Shown here piece by piece: positions 8,708 to 18,477 of a DNA stretch of 64,000 nucleotides. Under the pieces are notes generated by a model, which was not told where the DNA came from, ran no database searches, and saw only the letters and a list, made by a program, of their open reading frames with translations. Source of the stretch: a virus; IMG/VR virus record IMGVR_UViG_3300027762_000294, positions 11,469 through 75,468 of that record, one strand, 5' to 3'. The first letter of the stretch is position 1. Each line of letters opens with the position of its first letter. The position numbers and the translations under genes were made by a program.

Positions 8708-8874
8708 CCCCCGCAACAGCTTACTTTATATTGGACGAAATAGACCAAGCGTATATAGAATTTTTAACAACTTACGATGAGGAATATCCATTACCTCCAG
8801 AGGTAATATGTACTTTGTTGTTAGAACCTCTTGACGAAGCTATAGATACTGTAAATCACTGGAATCTATCTTAA
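8704..8874 (+). CDS. Small highly acidic protein (56 aa, no Lys/Arg; not in ORF track)
   Basis: GAGG upstream; MTPATATFILDEIDQAYIEFLTTYDEEYPLPPEV...; 12 D/E and 0 K/R. Confidence 0.6.
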   Translation: MTPATAYFILDEIDQAYIEFLTTYDEEYPLPPEVICTLLLEPLDEAIDTVNHWNLS

Positions 8875-8948
8875 CATCATAACAATCCAGGAAAAGAAGA
8901 AATCATTCCCTTCCTTTCTTGGATTTTTTTTAAAAAGGATTAGGTAGA

Positions 8949-11900
8949 ATGAACTTTGAGATTAAAGTAAAAGGGGTGGGATCAAAGATAATCATTGATT
9001 CTACCAACCCAAAATGGAACCTCCTTAGTAGTCCCAAGTATACCCACCCAGCATACACATATAGACTTTTTAAGGCAAACGGGGAAAGCACATGCGATTT
9101 GTCGGTATTATTAACCTCTAATGACAAACTCTTGTTATACCGTTATTCTAAAGGCTTTGAAAGCAGTGTGTATGAAGGTGTTCATCCGGGTTTATATGCC
9201 GAGGTAGAAGCCAGAGTAGGATCTGTGCCCACTATTAAGGTTGGGGAAACAATTTCAAAACCCGTAGGGGAGCCCTCCCATAACCATCAACTATTACATT
9301 GCCCAAACTCGATCCCTGAATCGGTGGTAGCGGATTTTAAGAAAAGAGGGGTTCCCTTAAGGTTGTTGGTTGAACTAGGGTATTATCTGATTGAGAAACG
9401 GCTTTATACACCTGCCTATATTATCGAAACGGGGGAGCTTTGTCCTTTTGTTTGTAGAGATCCTGGAAACGATAAACATCACAAACGTACTTTAAAAGGG
9501 AGTAAATTTGCGTCCTTTGCCTGGATAAAGTCTTCTGTTGAGGAGTGCGAAACCTTAATCGTTTGTGAGGGAATAATGACGGCTCTAGCAATTGCTAATT
9601 ATTTTCCCAACCAACATGTAGTTTCAGTAGGAGCCCATAACAATTACCCTAACCTTATTAACGATACCGCTTTAAGTAGATATTTTCCTGAGGTAACCAC
9701 GGTAGTCATAGTTCCCGATGTGGATTCTAATCATCATTCAACGGATAGTATTTCTAAACTCACTATAAATTCAGAAAAAGTGAGACTGGCTATTTTTCCT
9801 ATGAACCCGTCGACTTTGAAAGGGGATTTTGGTGATTTGAAAAGTAAGACTGCCCAGAGGGTTGCAGCTGCCTTGTTTGAGTTTATTGCCTTTGCATCAG
9901 GGAAAACTTTAGCAAACCGTCTTTACTATGAACGTAAAGTCACACCTTGCACTTTGAATAACAACCCCGGGGATTTACCCATGATTCAAGGGAGCAAAAC
10001 CACTTCGTTTTTAGAGCCCATGGGGTTTTTAAATAATTTTTTAAGGTTAGGTCCCAAGTCATTCTATTGCGTTCCTCATCAATTAGTAGTGAGCTTAGAG
10101 CAACTAACTTCTTTAATTGAATCACCAGCAACAATGATTCCTTATACCAGTGCATTAACCGATCTTATGGGAAACGAGCCTAAGGGTAGTGCCGTGTATA
10201 AAGAAGCACAAGCAGTTCTAGATAAAATCAAAAGATGGTCTACTGACACACTAATAAGTAACATACCTAATCATCCATTGCTTAGACTGGATATGTACGG
10301 TTTTGCATTTAAGAATGGGTACTTTATGCATGATGGTAGCAATCATTGGTTTGTTACAGATAACAAAACACGTCCAGCTGCCGTGAATTTACGATACCCA
10401 CCCATTCACTTAGAGTACGTTCCTGAAGCTATCGACGACATAGCTAAACAAGAAGTTGAGTTTGTTTTGGGTCACTGTATGTGTGGAGGGAGTCGTAAGT
10501 CAAAAGAATCTGTGGCGCGTATGTTGAGGTCATTGTTTTTTGGCAATGAAGACCATATAGCAACCCATGCAAGATCTATATATGTTGTTGAAGGCACGGG
10601 CGGGATTGGTAAATCGCAGCTAGGGTTATTAATAAAATCAATGGACCCTTATGCGGGTGACATTAACCCCATGAGTGTGGCTTCTAAAAACAAGTCTCAA
10701 TTTCATTTCACACATGAGGATGCGTTAAAATCAATAAAGATTTTAGATGATGCACCTCCTATATTTGGGGATGTTAGCTTTCTCAAAACCAGTGCTACCG
10801 GTGGTGAAATGCGAACAGAAGGCAAATTCCAGAATCCGGTATATGTAGAAACATGTGCCTCAATGGTATTTGTTTATAATGAAACTCCTAAATTTGACAA
10901 TGACACTGGATTAGAGCGTCGGTTGAGATATGTAACATTAGAGGGAAAACGTAACAATTCGATTAAAGTAGATACTTTGGGAACGCTGTCTAAACACTTA
11001 CCAGCCGTTTTCAACTGGATTTGCGAAAACATCAACACCGTGGTGTCTGATGAGGATTTTTATCGCAGCACCAAAACAGAAGTTCCCGCTGATGTTATGG
11101 CGTTTGCAGAAGCCGTATTTACACCGTCATTTAATTCCAATCCGGCACTATCAACTTCTGAACTCATGTTTTTCAAACGAGTTTTCATTCAGGACGAGAA
11201 CGAATGTAAAAAATTAAAGCCTAAGGAAAGGACAACACTTTGGCAAAATACCAATCGCAAACAAGAACCTCAATATTCTCTATTCGACGGCTATAAGCGA
11301 ACCTTAGGGTTGAAGAATAATATATCGCACAGTCAATTTGAAGATAAATTACGAATTGCTCTGTCGTATAGACAAGTACAACAACAGTTTTTGGGAGTTG
11401 AACCCACGCAGTCCCTGTATAATTACAGGGAATTGTTTTTCACTGTAAACTCCAAAACTCAATATGTGCGAATGAGATTAGAGCAAATTCATGAAAACCC
11501 AGATGACCAGGATCCTGTAACACCACCTCCTGAAAAACAGAATAAGGATATCGTTCCTATAAATCAAGTGAGTCCCGTCCCACAAAAACCTGTTATTGAT
11601 GGGTATTTCCAGGGAGAGGACAGTTTCTTAGATATAGTTTGGCACCTTCAGAATTTTAAAGAGTGGGAGAGATCTGAAGATTTACTTTGGATTGTGTATA
11701 ATCCAAACAAGGACAAAGAATTTGAAGGATTTTTAAAGACTAACTATCACGGGGATGAATTAACCAACTTACTTCGGTTGTTGAGAATGTATAGAGAGCC
11801 TCTTGTTGCTGTAAAATCAAACAACTTCCTCTCACCTGAATTACATACTGCTGTGTTGGATGACTTTGAATTCGCAACCCTCACGGATATGTTTCCTGAA

Positions 11901-13121
11901 AAATTATCTGAATTGAGTGATTTGAAAGATAAGGTCTTAAAAGCCAATCTCTTGTATGACCGCTGTTATGCACACTCGGATGTTAGTATTTTGAGTTTAG
12001 CCAATGACGCTGATAAAGCCGCAGCCCGGGAATTATCGAATTACATAACACCCCCACATAAGAGAGCAAAGTTTATCCCTTTCTTGGATAGCCTTAAGTT
12101 AGATGTGTCCCCCACTTTTGAGGAGTTGCCAACTGATGATGAGCATATGACGGTTTTGAAATTATATGCCCCATATGTGCCCAACACGGAAGAATATCTA
12201 ATATCCCAAGGTCGTAAAGTTGATAATTTGGCACGCCAACGGATCGACGATGTTGAGGGGGTAGTTTGTTTAAAGCCAACCGGAGAATCTCGTATTAACT
12301 TTGATGAAGTTCCTACACGGGTCACAAAGGGACTTACCGGAGTTGCGCCGAATAGAGCAATTCATGGGATAATTGAGGATTGTATTCTCCCTCAACCTAA
12401 AGATATTACATTGATGTATCTTAGTGGTGAATACCCAACTGATAAAAATGCATATCCTGAAATTCCAGGTAATTGCCCTAATCCTTCTTCAACTCTATAC
12501 ATGCGCGGACCTCGCCCTATTGGAGATATTTGTGAAGCTGTTGGAGATGAATATCAACCCGAAAAAAGTGACCGGTTTTTTGATCCTATAAAGGAGCACG
12601 TTCCTTATATGAAAGCCGCTTATTTAGAAGCTAAGACTGTAACCAATACTATTGAAAATCCAGGTAAGTCGGCGATTGCTAAAATGGCAATTAGTGAGAC
12701 AGCTTGTTATCACGGGTTAAGTTGGATGCATCATAACGACCGACTTCGTGAGTTCATGATTTCATTGGCTGCCCCCTTCATCACTGCTCGTGAGGCATAT
12801 AATCGTGGTGAATATGATCACCCGTTTCTTGTGGATTATGTGTATCCTTATGGTGAATTAACTGACAGTTTAGCCGAAGGGTTATTACAAAAGGAAGGGG
12901 AAGAATCTGTAGGGCAACTTATGGATATTTTGACTGGATTTAACCAAGCCCAAGCCATGGCAAATAAGTTAGAATCAGAACCCCAGCGGTTTGAAAAAGT
13001 GGTAAGCGATCTTAAAGCTAAGGATTATTTTTGGAAACGTGCCAATTTCATATCTGGAAAAGGTAGACGCTTCAGAATCATCAACCATGTTAAGTATCTC
13101 GAAGGAGAACAAAATAAATGA
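8949..13121 (+). CDS. TOPRIM primase fused to SF3 (D5-like) helicase, with a long unknown C-terminal region
   Basis: LIVCEG...VVIVPDVD...GDFGD (TOPRIM); Walker A GTGGIGKS, Walker B ILDD, GGEMRTEGKFQ, motif C FVYNETP, GLERRL. Confidence 0.88.
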   Translation: MNFEIKVKGVGSKIIIDSTNPKWNLLSSPKYTHPAYTYRLFKANGESTCDLSVLLTSNDKLLLYRYSKGFESSVYEGVHPGLYAEVEARVGSVPTIKVGETISKPVGEPSHNHQLLHCPNSIPESVVADFKKRGVPLRLLVELGYYLIEKRLYTPAYIIETGELCPFVCRDPGNDKHHKRTLKGSKFASFAWIKSSVEECETLIVCEGIMTALAIANYFPNQHVVSVGAHNNYPNLINDTALSRYFPEVTTVVIVPDVDSNHHSTDSISKLTINSEKVRLAIFPMNPSTLKGDFGDLKSKTAQRVAAALFEFIAFASGKTLANRLYYERKVTPCTLNNNPGDLPMIQGSKTTSFLEPMGFLNNFLRLGPKSFYCVPHQLVVSLEQLTSLIESPATMIPYTSALTDLMGNEPKGSAVYKEAQAVLDKIKRWSTDTLISNIPNHPLLRLDMYGFAFKNGYFMHDGSNHWFVTDNKTRPAAVNLRYPPIHLEYVPEAIDDIAKQEVEFVLGHCMCGGSRKSKESVARMLRSLFFGNEDHIATHARSIYVVEGTGGIGKSQLGLLIKSMDPYAGDINPMSVASKNKSQFHFTHEDALKSIKILDDAPPIFGDVSFLKTSATGGEMRTEGKFQNPVYVETCASMVFVYNETPKFDNDTGLERRLRYVTLEGKRNNSIKVDTLGTLSKHLPAVFNWICENINTVVSDEDFYRSTKTEVPADVMAFAEAVFTPSFNSNPALSTSELMFFKRVFIQDENECKKLKPKERTTLWQNTNRKQEPQYSLFDGYKRTLGLKNNISHSQFEDKLRIALSYRQVQQQFLGVEPTQSLYNYRELFFTVNSKTQYVRMRLEQIHENPDDQDPVTPPPEKQNKDIVPINQVSPVPQKPVIDGYFQGEDSFLDIVWHLQNFKEWERSEDLLWIVYNPNKDKEFEGFLKTNYHGDELTNLLRLLRMYREPLVAVKSNNFLSPELHTAVLDDFEFATLTDMFPEKLSELSDLKDKVLKANLLYDRCYAHSDVSILSLANDADKAAARELSNYITPPHKRAKFIPFLDSLKLDVSPTFEELPTDDEHMTVLKLYAPYVPNTEEYLISQGRKVDNLARQRIDDVEGVVCLKPTGESRINFDEVPTRVTKGLTGVAPNRAIHGIIEDCILPQPKDITLMYLSGEYPTDKNAYPEIPGNCPNPSSTLYMRGPRPIGDICEAVGDEYQPEKSDRFFDPIKEHVPYMKAAYLEAKTVTNTIENPGKSAIAKMAISETACYHGLSWMHHNDRLREFMISLAAPFITAREAYNRGEYDHPFLVDYVYPYGELTDSLAEGLLQKEGEESVGQLMDILTGFNQAQAMANKLESEPQRFEKVVSDLKAKDYFWKRANFISGKGRRFRIINHVKYLEGEQNK

Positions 13122-13603
13122 GCTTATTCCCAGAATTCGGTTTGACTGTTCAGACCGTTGAACCCACAACTAAAAGTTCATCTGAAGATGACGGGAAGCC
13201 CACTAAATCGGGGAAGAACAAAGATTTGTTTGACGGGGGATTTTCAAACATGAACCTAATTCAAGAAGAAGAGAATACAGGGGACTTTCCACTATATACT
13301 TACGATCCTGATAAACAATTCAAACACCCTTGTAATTGTGTGGAGATAACGTTTGAGAATCAGGTGTTTAATTGGGCATCTCCTAGTAATAAAAAGGTAG
13401 GGGTTGATTTTTCTAAAGGTGCTACACGCACAATACGGTTAACCCTGCCCAGCGAGGTCCCTATTGTTATACCTGAATCTGAGGATATTCGTGAAGTATT
13501 AGATCATGGGGTGCCTGATCTTTACCTTAGCAAACCCACTCTTGTATCTAAGGGTAAAGAATCACGTCGTAACATCCGGGGAGATTTAAGTAATTATGAG
13601 TAG
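13118..13603 (+). CDS. Hypothetical protein in replication operon
   Basis: Overlaps primase and polymerase genes; no recognised motif. Confidence 0.7.
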   Translation: MSLFPEFGLTVQTVEPTTKSSSEDDGKPTKSGKNKDLFDGGFSNMNLIQEEENTGDFPLYTYDPDKQFKHPCNCVEITFENQVFNWASPSNKKVGVDFSKGATRTIRLTLPSEVPIVIPESEDIREVLDHGVPDLYLSKPTLVSKGKESRRNIRGDLSNYE

Positions 13604-15356
13604 AGTAGTGTTATATGACATTGAGGTGTTTCCTAACGCCGCGTTTATGGTATTTTGTATTGACGGGGTGTATTATTACCGAGACTTACTTAAACTGACT
13701 CACGACGATCATTTTTTCAAATATGCAATGTGTCCAATGACAACATATTTAGGGTATAACTCGTTTCATTATGATAACATTGTGATCAACCGAGTTGTTG
13801 GAAAAGGTTTAACTTACTCACAGATCAAGGAATTGAGTGACTCCATTATTAAGGGTAATTTTAAGGATGAGAATTACCTGTTATTAGGAGGTGAGAAATT
13901 CACCAATGTAGCTGACTTTGCAGCGGTTATGAGATTACAACAAGTTTTTGGAAAAAAACGGTATCCTATCGGATTAAAAACAGTAGCGGAACTTGAACTC
14001 GGTCTCATTTATGACAGTCCTTTGAGTTTCAACTCTTTAATTGAAACAGAGAGCCATAAAAGAGCTGCAATCACATATTGCTACACGGATGTTAAAGTGA
14101 TGTATGAGATATTAGCAGGTAAAGGGGATTTGTTAGCACAAAATCTGTTTTGGTTTATGAAAACCAAAGGCGAAAATGCGTGGCTAAAACATAATGCTGG
14201 AATTACAAATAACCTATTTAGAAATGAATTGAAAAAGCCCAATTCATTAAGAGCTAATCCTAATGAAAATCTCCTGATTCCTTTGCCAGGTGTAAATTCA
14301 GTATTGGGCAAGGCAATATTGAACAATGGGTTGAAAAAGGATATTGAATTACCGGTACCATATGGGGTTTTAATGTTTGGGGTGGGCGGGGTTCATTTAA
14401 ATTATACACAACCCATTTGTTTTAACGGGCGAATTTTAGTAGCGGATATCAAAAGTTTTTACCCGTCTATGTTAGTACACCTCAGAAGCATGCCTGGGGG
14501 CTTGACTGCATTTGTGAAAATTTTAGGGGAGATGCTTGATCATAAACGAAGCGCCGAGATGAGCATTCCCAAAAAATCAACAGAATTTCAAAAGTTGGTT
14601 GTGAATTCTGCGTACGGTTTGTTGTTAGATAAGAACTCGGTAATTTTTTCTGTAGGTACCGCTAACAATATGATTTTTTGTTGTTTCTTATTAGTTGCGG
14701 AGGTGTTTTCAGATTTGACAGACGCGGGTTACCCTCCTATTTATGTAAATACGGACGGCTTTTTCATTCCTAGTCGGGGGGTTCGTGATGACGTTTATAT
14801 TAAACAAGTTATTAAAAGCACTTGTGAACGATTAACAGGGAAGGACGCAATTCAATGGAGTTACAAAACCTACAAAGGAGGTTACATAAAGGACACGTCT
14901 AATTACATTTTGAACACTCAAGAAGAACATTGGGCATTTGTTGCTAAAGGGTGTTTTGAAGGACCTAGTGTTTACCGATTGAATGGCAAGTGGCTTAACT
15001 TGTTAGCTGTAAATAATTTTCCCGGGGAGGTTACCGGGGAAAAACTGAAGGCGTTTTTTCTAGGGAATCCAAAAGAGCGATATAAATACTTTGTGCGTCA
15101 AGCAAATGCTGACTGGTTTGGCAATGGTAATGAATCAAAAACGTATATCTTTACTAAGAGTACCGATTTAGTAACATCTATTAGGAGAACACAAAAGGGG
15201 ATCCAGAGAATTACTAATTGGGTTTTGCAAGGTGCCGTTCCTTTAGGAAAAATTGATTTTACAGGGTATGCCGACTTGCCTATCGACTTCGATCGTTATG
15301 CAAAGGAAGTTAATGATTTAGTTGATAGAGAAAATTTAATATACCTTGATTGGTGA
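13596..15356 (+). CDS. Family B DNA polymerase with 3'-5' exonuclease
   Basis: ExoI YDIEVFPN, ExoII GYNSFHYD, ExoIII YCYTDV; polymerase motifs DIKSFYPS, KLVVNSAYG, YVNTDG. Confidence 0.92.
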   Translation: MSRVVLYDIEVFPNAAFMVFCIDGVYYYRDLLKLTHDDHFFKYAMCPMTTYLGYNSFHYDNIVINRVVGKGLTYSQIKELSDSIIKGNFKDENYLLLGGEKFTNVADFAAVMRLQQVFGKKRYPIGLKTVAELELGLIYDSPLSFNSLIETESHKRAAITYCYTDVKVMYEILAGKGDLLAQNLFWFMKTKGENAWLKHNAGITNNLFRNELKKPNSLRANPNENLLIPLPGVNSVLGKAILNNGLKKDIELPVPYGVLMFGVGGVHLNYTQPICFNGRILVADIKSFYPSMLVHLRSMPGGLTAFVKILGEMLDHKRSAEMSIPKKSTEFQKLVVNSAYGLLLDKNSVIFSVGTANNMIFCCFLLVAEVFSDLTDAGYPPIYVNTDGFFIPSRGVRDDVYIKQVIKSTCERLTGKDAIQWSYKTYKGGYIKDTSNYILNTQEEHWAFVAKGCFEGPSVYRLNGKWLNLLAVNNFPGEVTGEKLKAFFLGNPKERYKYFVRQANADWFGNGNESKTYIFTKSTDLVTSIRRTQKGIQRITNWVLQGAVPLGKIDFTGYADLPIDFDRYAKEVNDLVDRENLIYLDW

Positions 15357-15405
15357 AATGTAAATTTACTCCTTCCTGGATTATTTTTTTTTTGTTATTA
15401 TTAAT

Positions 15406-16740
15406 ATGGGAGGTTGCGTGAAATACAATCCTGTAAAATATGGAGAATATATTGCTAAAAAATTCGGAGACACACTAGACCCTTGGCAACGTGAAGAGTT
15501 GACTCGTTTTGGTAGAGTTTTAAACGGGGAGATACCTAACTTGAGAATCTCGTTGCCCGCAGCGCATGGGGTAGGAAAAACGTTTTTAGCAAGCCTAATA
15601 ATTACTTACGCCTTATCGGTTGTCCCACGTATAGCGGGAGTTGCCACATCTAATACCCGGCAACAATTAATCACTAAATTAGTGAGAGAAATTCAGAAAG
15701 TCATTCCTTATAATCCCGGTTTAAAATGCACCACTTACGGAGTTAGGAGGATTACAAAACCGTCTAACGTAGTCTCTTTTGTGACGTTTGATCCCACAAT
15801 GCCCGAGAGTTTTCAGGGGCTACATGAAGAATTTGTTCTTATTGTTATAGACGAGGCATCTGGATTACCGGATGATTTGTTTAGGGTATTAGAAGGCGCA
15901 TTATCCGGGGGAAGATTTTATTACTTGTTGTTGGGTAATCCCACTAAATTAGGGACGTATTTTCATAAAACAGTGACTGATTACAAACATATATGGCTAA
16001 GTCGTCCTATTTCTTGTTTTGATTCTCACAGAGTGTCTCCCTCATATTCTGAAAATATGGATACGCTGTATGGAAAAGACTCGGATATGTATAGAGTTAG
16101 GGTGTTGGGGTTGTTTCCAAAAATCTCAGGGGGTGATAGTAACCTTTTCAAAACTTCAGATTTTAAAAACGTGTTTGAAGAAAAGTTTGAAGGTTGTCTA
16201 GACGGTGAACGTAGCTTAGGAATGGACGTAGGCGCGGGGGGTGATAAAACGGTATTGGTTGATGTTACAGTCAATAAAGAATTAAAAATAATTTCGATAA
16301 ATTCCATAAACCCTTACGGAGAGGCGGATTTAGTTAAAGTGGCAAGATTGCCTATTGATTATATGCGGGATATTGATTTTTTTGACTTTGATTTGAATAT
16401 GGATAGCACAGGATTAGGGGCAGGGGTTTCTCATATGTTAGCAGAAATAATACGCAACAACAACCTATCGACTCGTTTAAACCCGTTTAACTTTTCATCA
16501 AAACCAATATACTTAGACGACCCCTATAATGCTAAAAATATTCGCACGATGTTATACACTAACTTGAAAAAACTACTTGTCCTAGGGTGGCGGATTTATG
16601 GAATGCCAGAAGATTTGGTGAAGTTGCTCTTGACAATTGTGTTTAGATCTGATACACTGTATTTAGAAATTGTGAATAAGTCTAAAGACCAAAATCATGA
16701 CGCTTTAGACGCCTTACTGTTAAGTATAATATTTGTTTGA
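15406..16740 (+). CDS. terL: Terminase large subunit
   Basis: LDPWQ adenine-binding motif, AAHGVGKT Walker A, VIDEASG Walker B, LGNP, nuclease GMDVGAGGDKT and HDALDAL. Confidence 0.92.
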   Translation: MGGCVKYNPVKYGEYIAKKFGDTLDPWQREELTRFGRVLNGEIPNLRISLPAAHGVGKTFLASLIITYALSVVPRIAGVATSNTRQQLITKLVREIQKVIPYNPGLKCTTYGVRRITKPSNVVSFVTFDPTMPESFQGLHEEFVLIVIDEASGLPDDLFRVLEGALSGGRFYYLLLGNPTKLGTYFHKTVTDYKHIWLSRPISCFDSHRVSPSYSENMDTLYGKDSDMYRVRVLGLFPKISGGDSNLFKTSDFKNVFEEKFEGCLDGERSLGMDVGAGGDKTVLVDVTVNKELKIISINSINPYGEADLVKVARLPIDYMRDIDFFDFDLNMDSTGLGAGVSHMLAEIIRNNNLSTRLNPFNFSSKPIYLDDPYNAKNIRTMLYTNLKKLLVLGWRIYGMPEDLVKLLLTIVFRSDTLYLEIVNKSKDQNHDALDALLLSIIFV

Positions 16741-16744
16741 TTAG

Positions 16745-17629
16745 GTGATTAATGTGAGTATAATCGAGTTTTTTAGATCCGAGGGGCTACCCACTAAAAA
16801 TGGGTGTGTTAAATGGACGTCATTACATCAATACTTCGGATTTGCATCAAAGAAGGCAGCGAACAAACCCCACGTGGCAGACATACCATCCCGGTATGGA
16901 ATTAACCGAGAAAACGTCATTACCTTCTCGAATGACAAAGGGCATTGGATAACTGAGCACGGGATCGCCGAACTTTGTTATAGGTCAAGAAACAAAACGG
17001 CAGTTTTACTTTGGGAAAACTATTTCGACAAAGGAAACAAAAAGTTAAATTTAGCTTTTGAGGAATTGTGTAATGCAGGGGTTAACACTCAAGGTCATTT
17101 GTTGAGGGCATTAGACGTGCAATCATTCTTTAGGATTCGCAATAATCCCACTTACGATTTGACTCAATTAGGAATACCCTACGTTTTGGTTAAAGATGGG
17201 ATACACCCTAACAATTTACCTGCCACTTATTTTGCCTTGGATTATTTGCCCAGATATTTGGGAGCGCGGCGTAACAAGTTAGTGTATGACTTTGTCCAAA
17301 ACTACGAGTTGTCGACTACAATAATGCCTATTGAAGTTGCTATTATATCTGAGTTAGAACGGGAGTTTCCTGATCTATGCTTTCAAAGGCAATACCGGAT
17401 TGGTAAGTATCGGGTAGACGCTGTAATTTTACAGGAGTCTATTCCAGTTATTGCTATCGAAATTGATGAATATCAACATAAGCGAACGAGAAGCAGTGAG
17501 TATGATAAATTGCGTGAAAATTACATCATCACGGCATATCCGGATCTGGTTATTTTGAGAATAGACACAACTGCCAAAGAGTTCTCTTTGGCACCGTACT
17601 TCAACATCATACAGGAGCTTTGCAAATGA
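16745..17629 (+). CDS. BRO-N-like domain plus DUF559/Vsr-like endonuclease
   Basis: HWITEHGIAELCYRSR; C-terminal FQRQYRIGKYRVDA...IAIEIDEYQH...YDKLRE...ILRI. Confidence 0.75.
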   Translation: MINVSIIEFFRSEGLPTKNGCVKWTSLHQYFGFASKKAANKPHVADIPSRYGINRENVITFSNDKGHWITEHGIAELCYRSRNKTAVLLWENYFDKGNKKLNLAFEELCNAGVNTQGHLLRALDVQSFFRIRNNPTYDLTQLGIPYVLVKDGIHPNNLPATYFALDYLPRYLGARRNKLVYDFVQNYELSTTIMPIEVAIISELEREFPDLCFQRQYRIGKYRVDAVILQESIPVIAIEIDEYQHKRTRSSEYDKLRENYIITAYPDLVILRIDTTAKEFSLAPYFNIIQELCK

Positions 17630-18321
17630 CAACCCTAACATTTACCCCAGTTTTTCTTCACAAGTTGTTGCATCAACATCGGTACAGTGCTAAAGAGAAT
17701 GGTGTGTTGTTCAAATTGGAGGACCATGTATTGCAAGTAGTGTCTACCAATAACCGACTTTTGACAGTTACAAAACTCACCATGCCTGAAATTGACACTA
17801 CGTTAAACGCAACCATTCATAACCGTGGAGTGATGTTTATCAAAGGGTATCTGCGTAAGCTAAAAGGCTTGGTTTCCTTATCGTTTTCTGAGAGTTATGT
17901 CGATTTGAAGCAAGGCGAATCTCAAATCGACAGAAATTATTTGGTCGGGGAAACATATCCCGATTATACAGCGGTAATTCAAAAGGAGGTAGGATACCAG
18001 ATTTGGGTTAGATATTCCTCTTTCAAGGATGCCGTTCAAAGTCAAGAAAATGAGCTGATTTTGAAAGAGTACCAACACCGTCTTTTGATCAATCAACATT
18101 CAATGTCCATTTACGACAGTCGATATGCTGAGGGTAATGCTGTTAAATTGTCAACGGCACCAATCCCCCTAGACACCGATTTATTAATGGGGGCTGTACT
18201 TTCCCTAAATGCTTTGCCCAACAAACATTTGATTTTGTCCTTTTATGAGGATAGTATAAACGTAGGGCTTGAATTAGAAGGACGCCCTGAAACTAAGGTT
18301 ATAATAGCCGCCAACCATTAA
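17620..18321 (+). CDS. DNA polymerase III beta-clamp-like protein (shortened)
   Basis: NGVLFKL...VVSTNNRLL (cf. VATDGHRL) and GETYPDYTAVI (cf. GxFPDYxxVI). Confidence 0.7.
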   Translation: MQMTTLTFTPVFLHKLLHQHRYSAKENGVLFKLEDHVLQVVSTNNRLLTVTKLTMPEIDTTLNATIHNRGVMFIKGYLRKLKGLVSLSFSESYVDLKQGESQIDRNYLVGETYPDYTAVIQKEVGYQIWVRYSSFKDAVQSQENELILKEYQHRLLINQHSMSIYDSRYAEGNAVKLSTAPIPLDTDLLMGAVLSLNALPNKHLILSFYEDSINVGLELEGRPETKVIIAANH

Positions 18322-18325
18322 TTAC

Positions 18326-18357
18326 AAAAAAAACCCCCAACTGTATTTGTTGGGGGT
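18326..18357 (-). terminator. Rho-independent terminator for the structural operon
   Basis: ACCCCCAAC/GTTGGGGGT stem with A8 on the left (U-tract on minus strand), downstream of the TMP stop. Confidence 0.8.
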
Positions 18358-18369
18358 AGGAGGAATAAC

Positions 18370-18477
18370 ATGAATAACAATATCAATCAAGCGGGAACTC
18401 TAATATTTATAGCTGTTATGCTGTGGTTAGTTACTCTTTTACTACCGCCGGATGCTTTTCACTTCCCTTGGTGGTAA
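18370..18477 (+). CDS. 35-aa single-TM peptide antisense to the TMP 3' end
   Basis: AGGAGG RBS; MNNNINQAGTLIFIAVMLWLVTLLLPPDAFHFPWW. Confidence 0.5.
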   Translation: MNNNINQAGTLIFIAVMLWLVTLLLPPDAFHFPWW

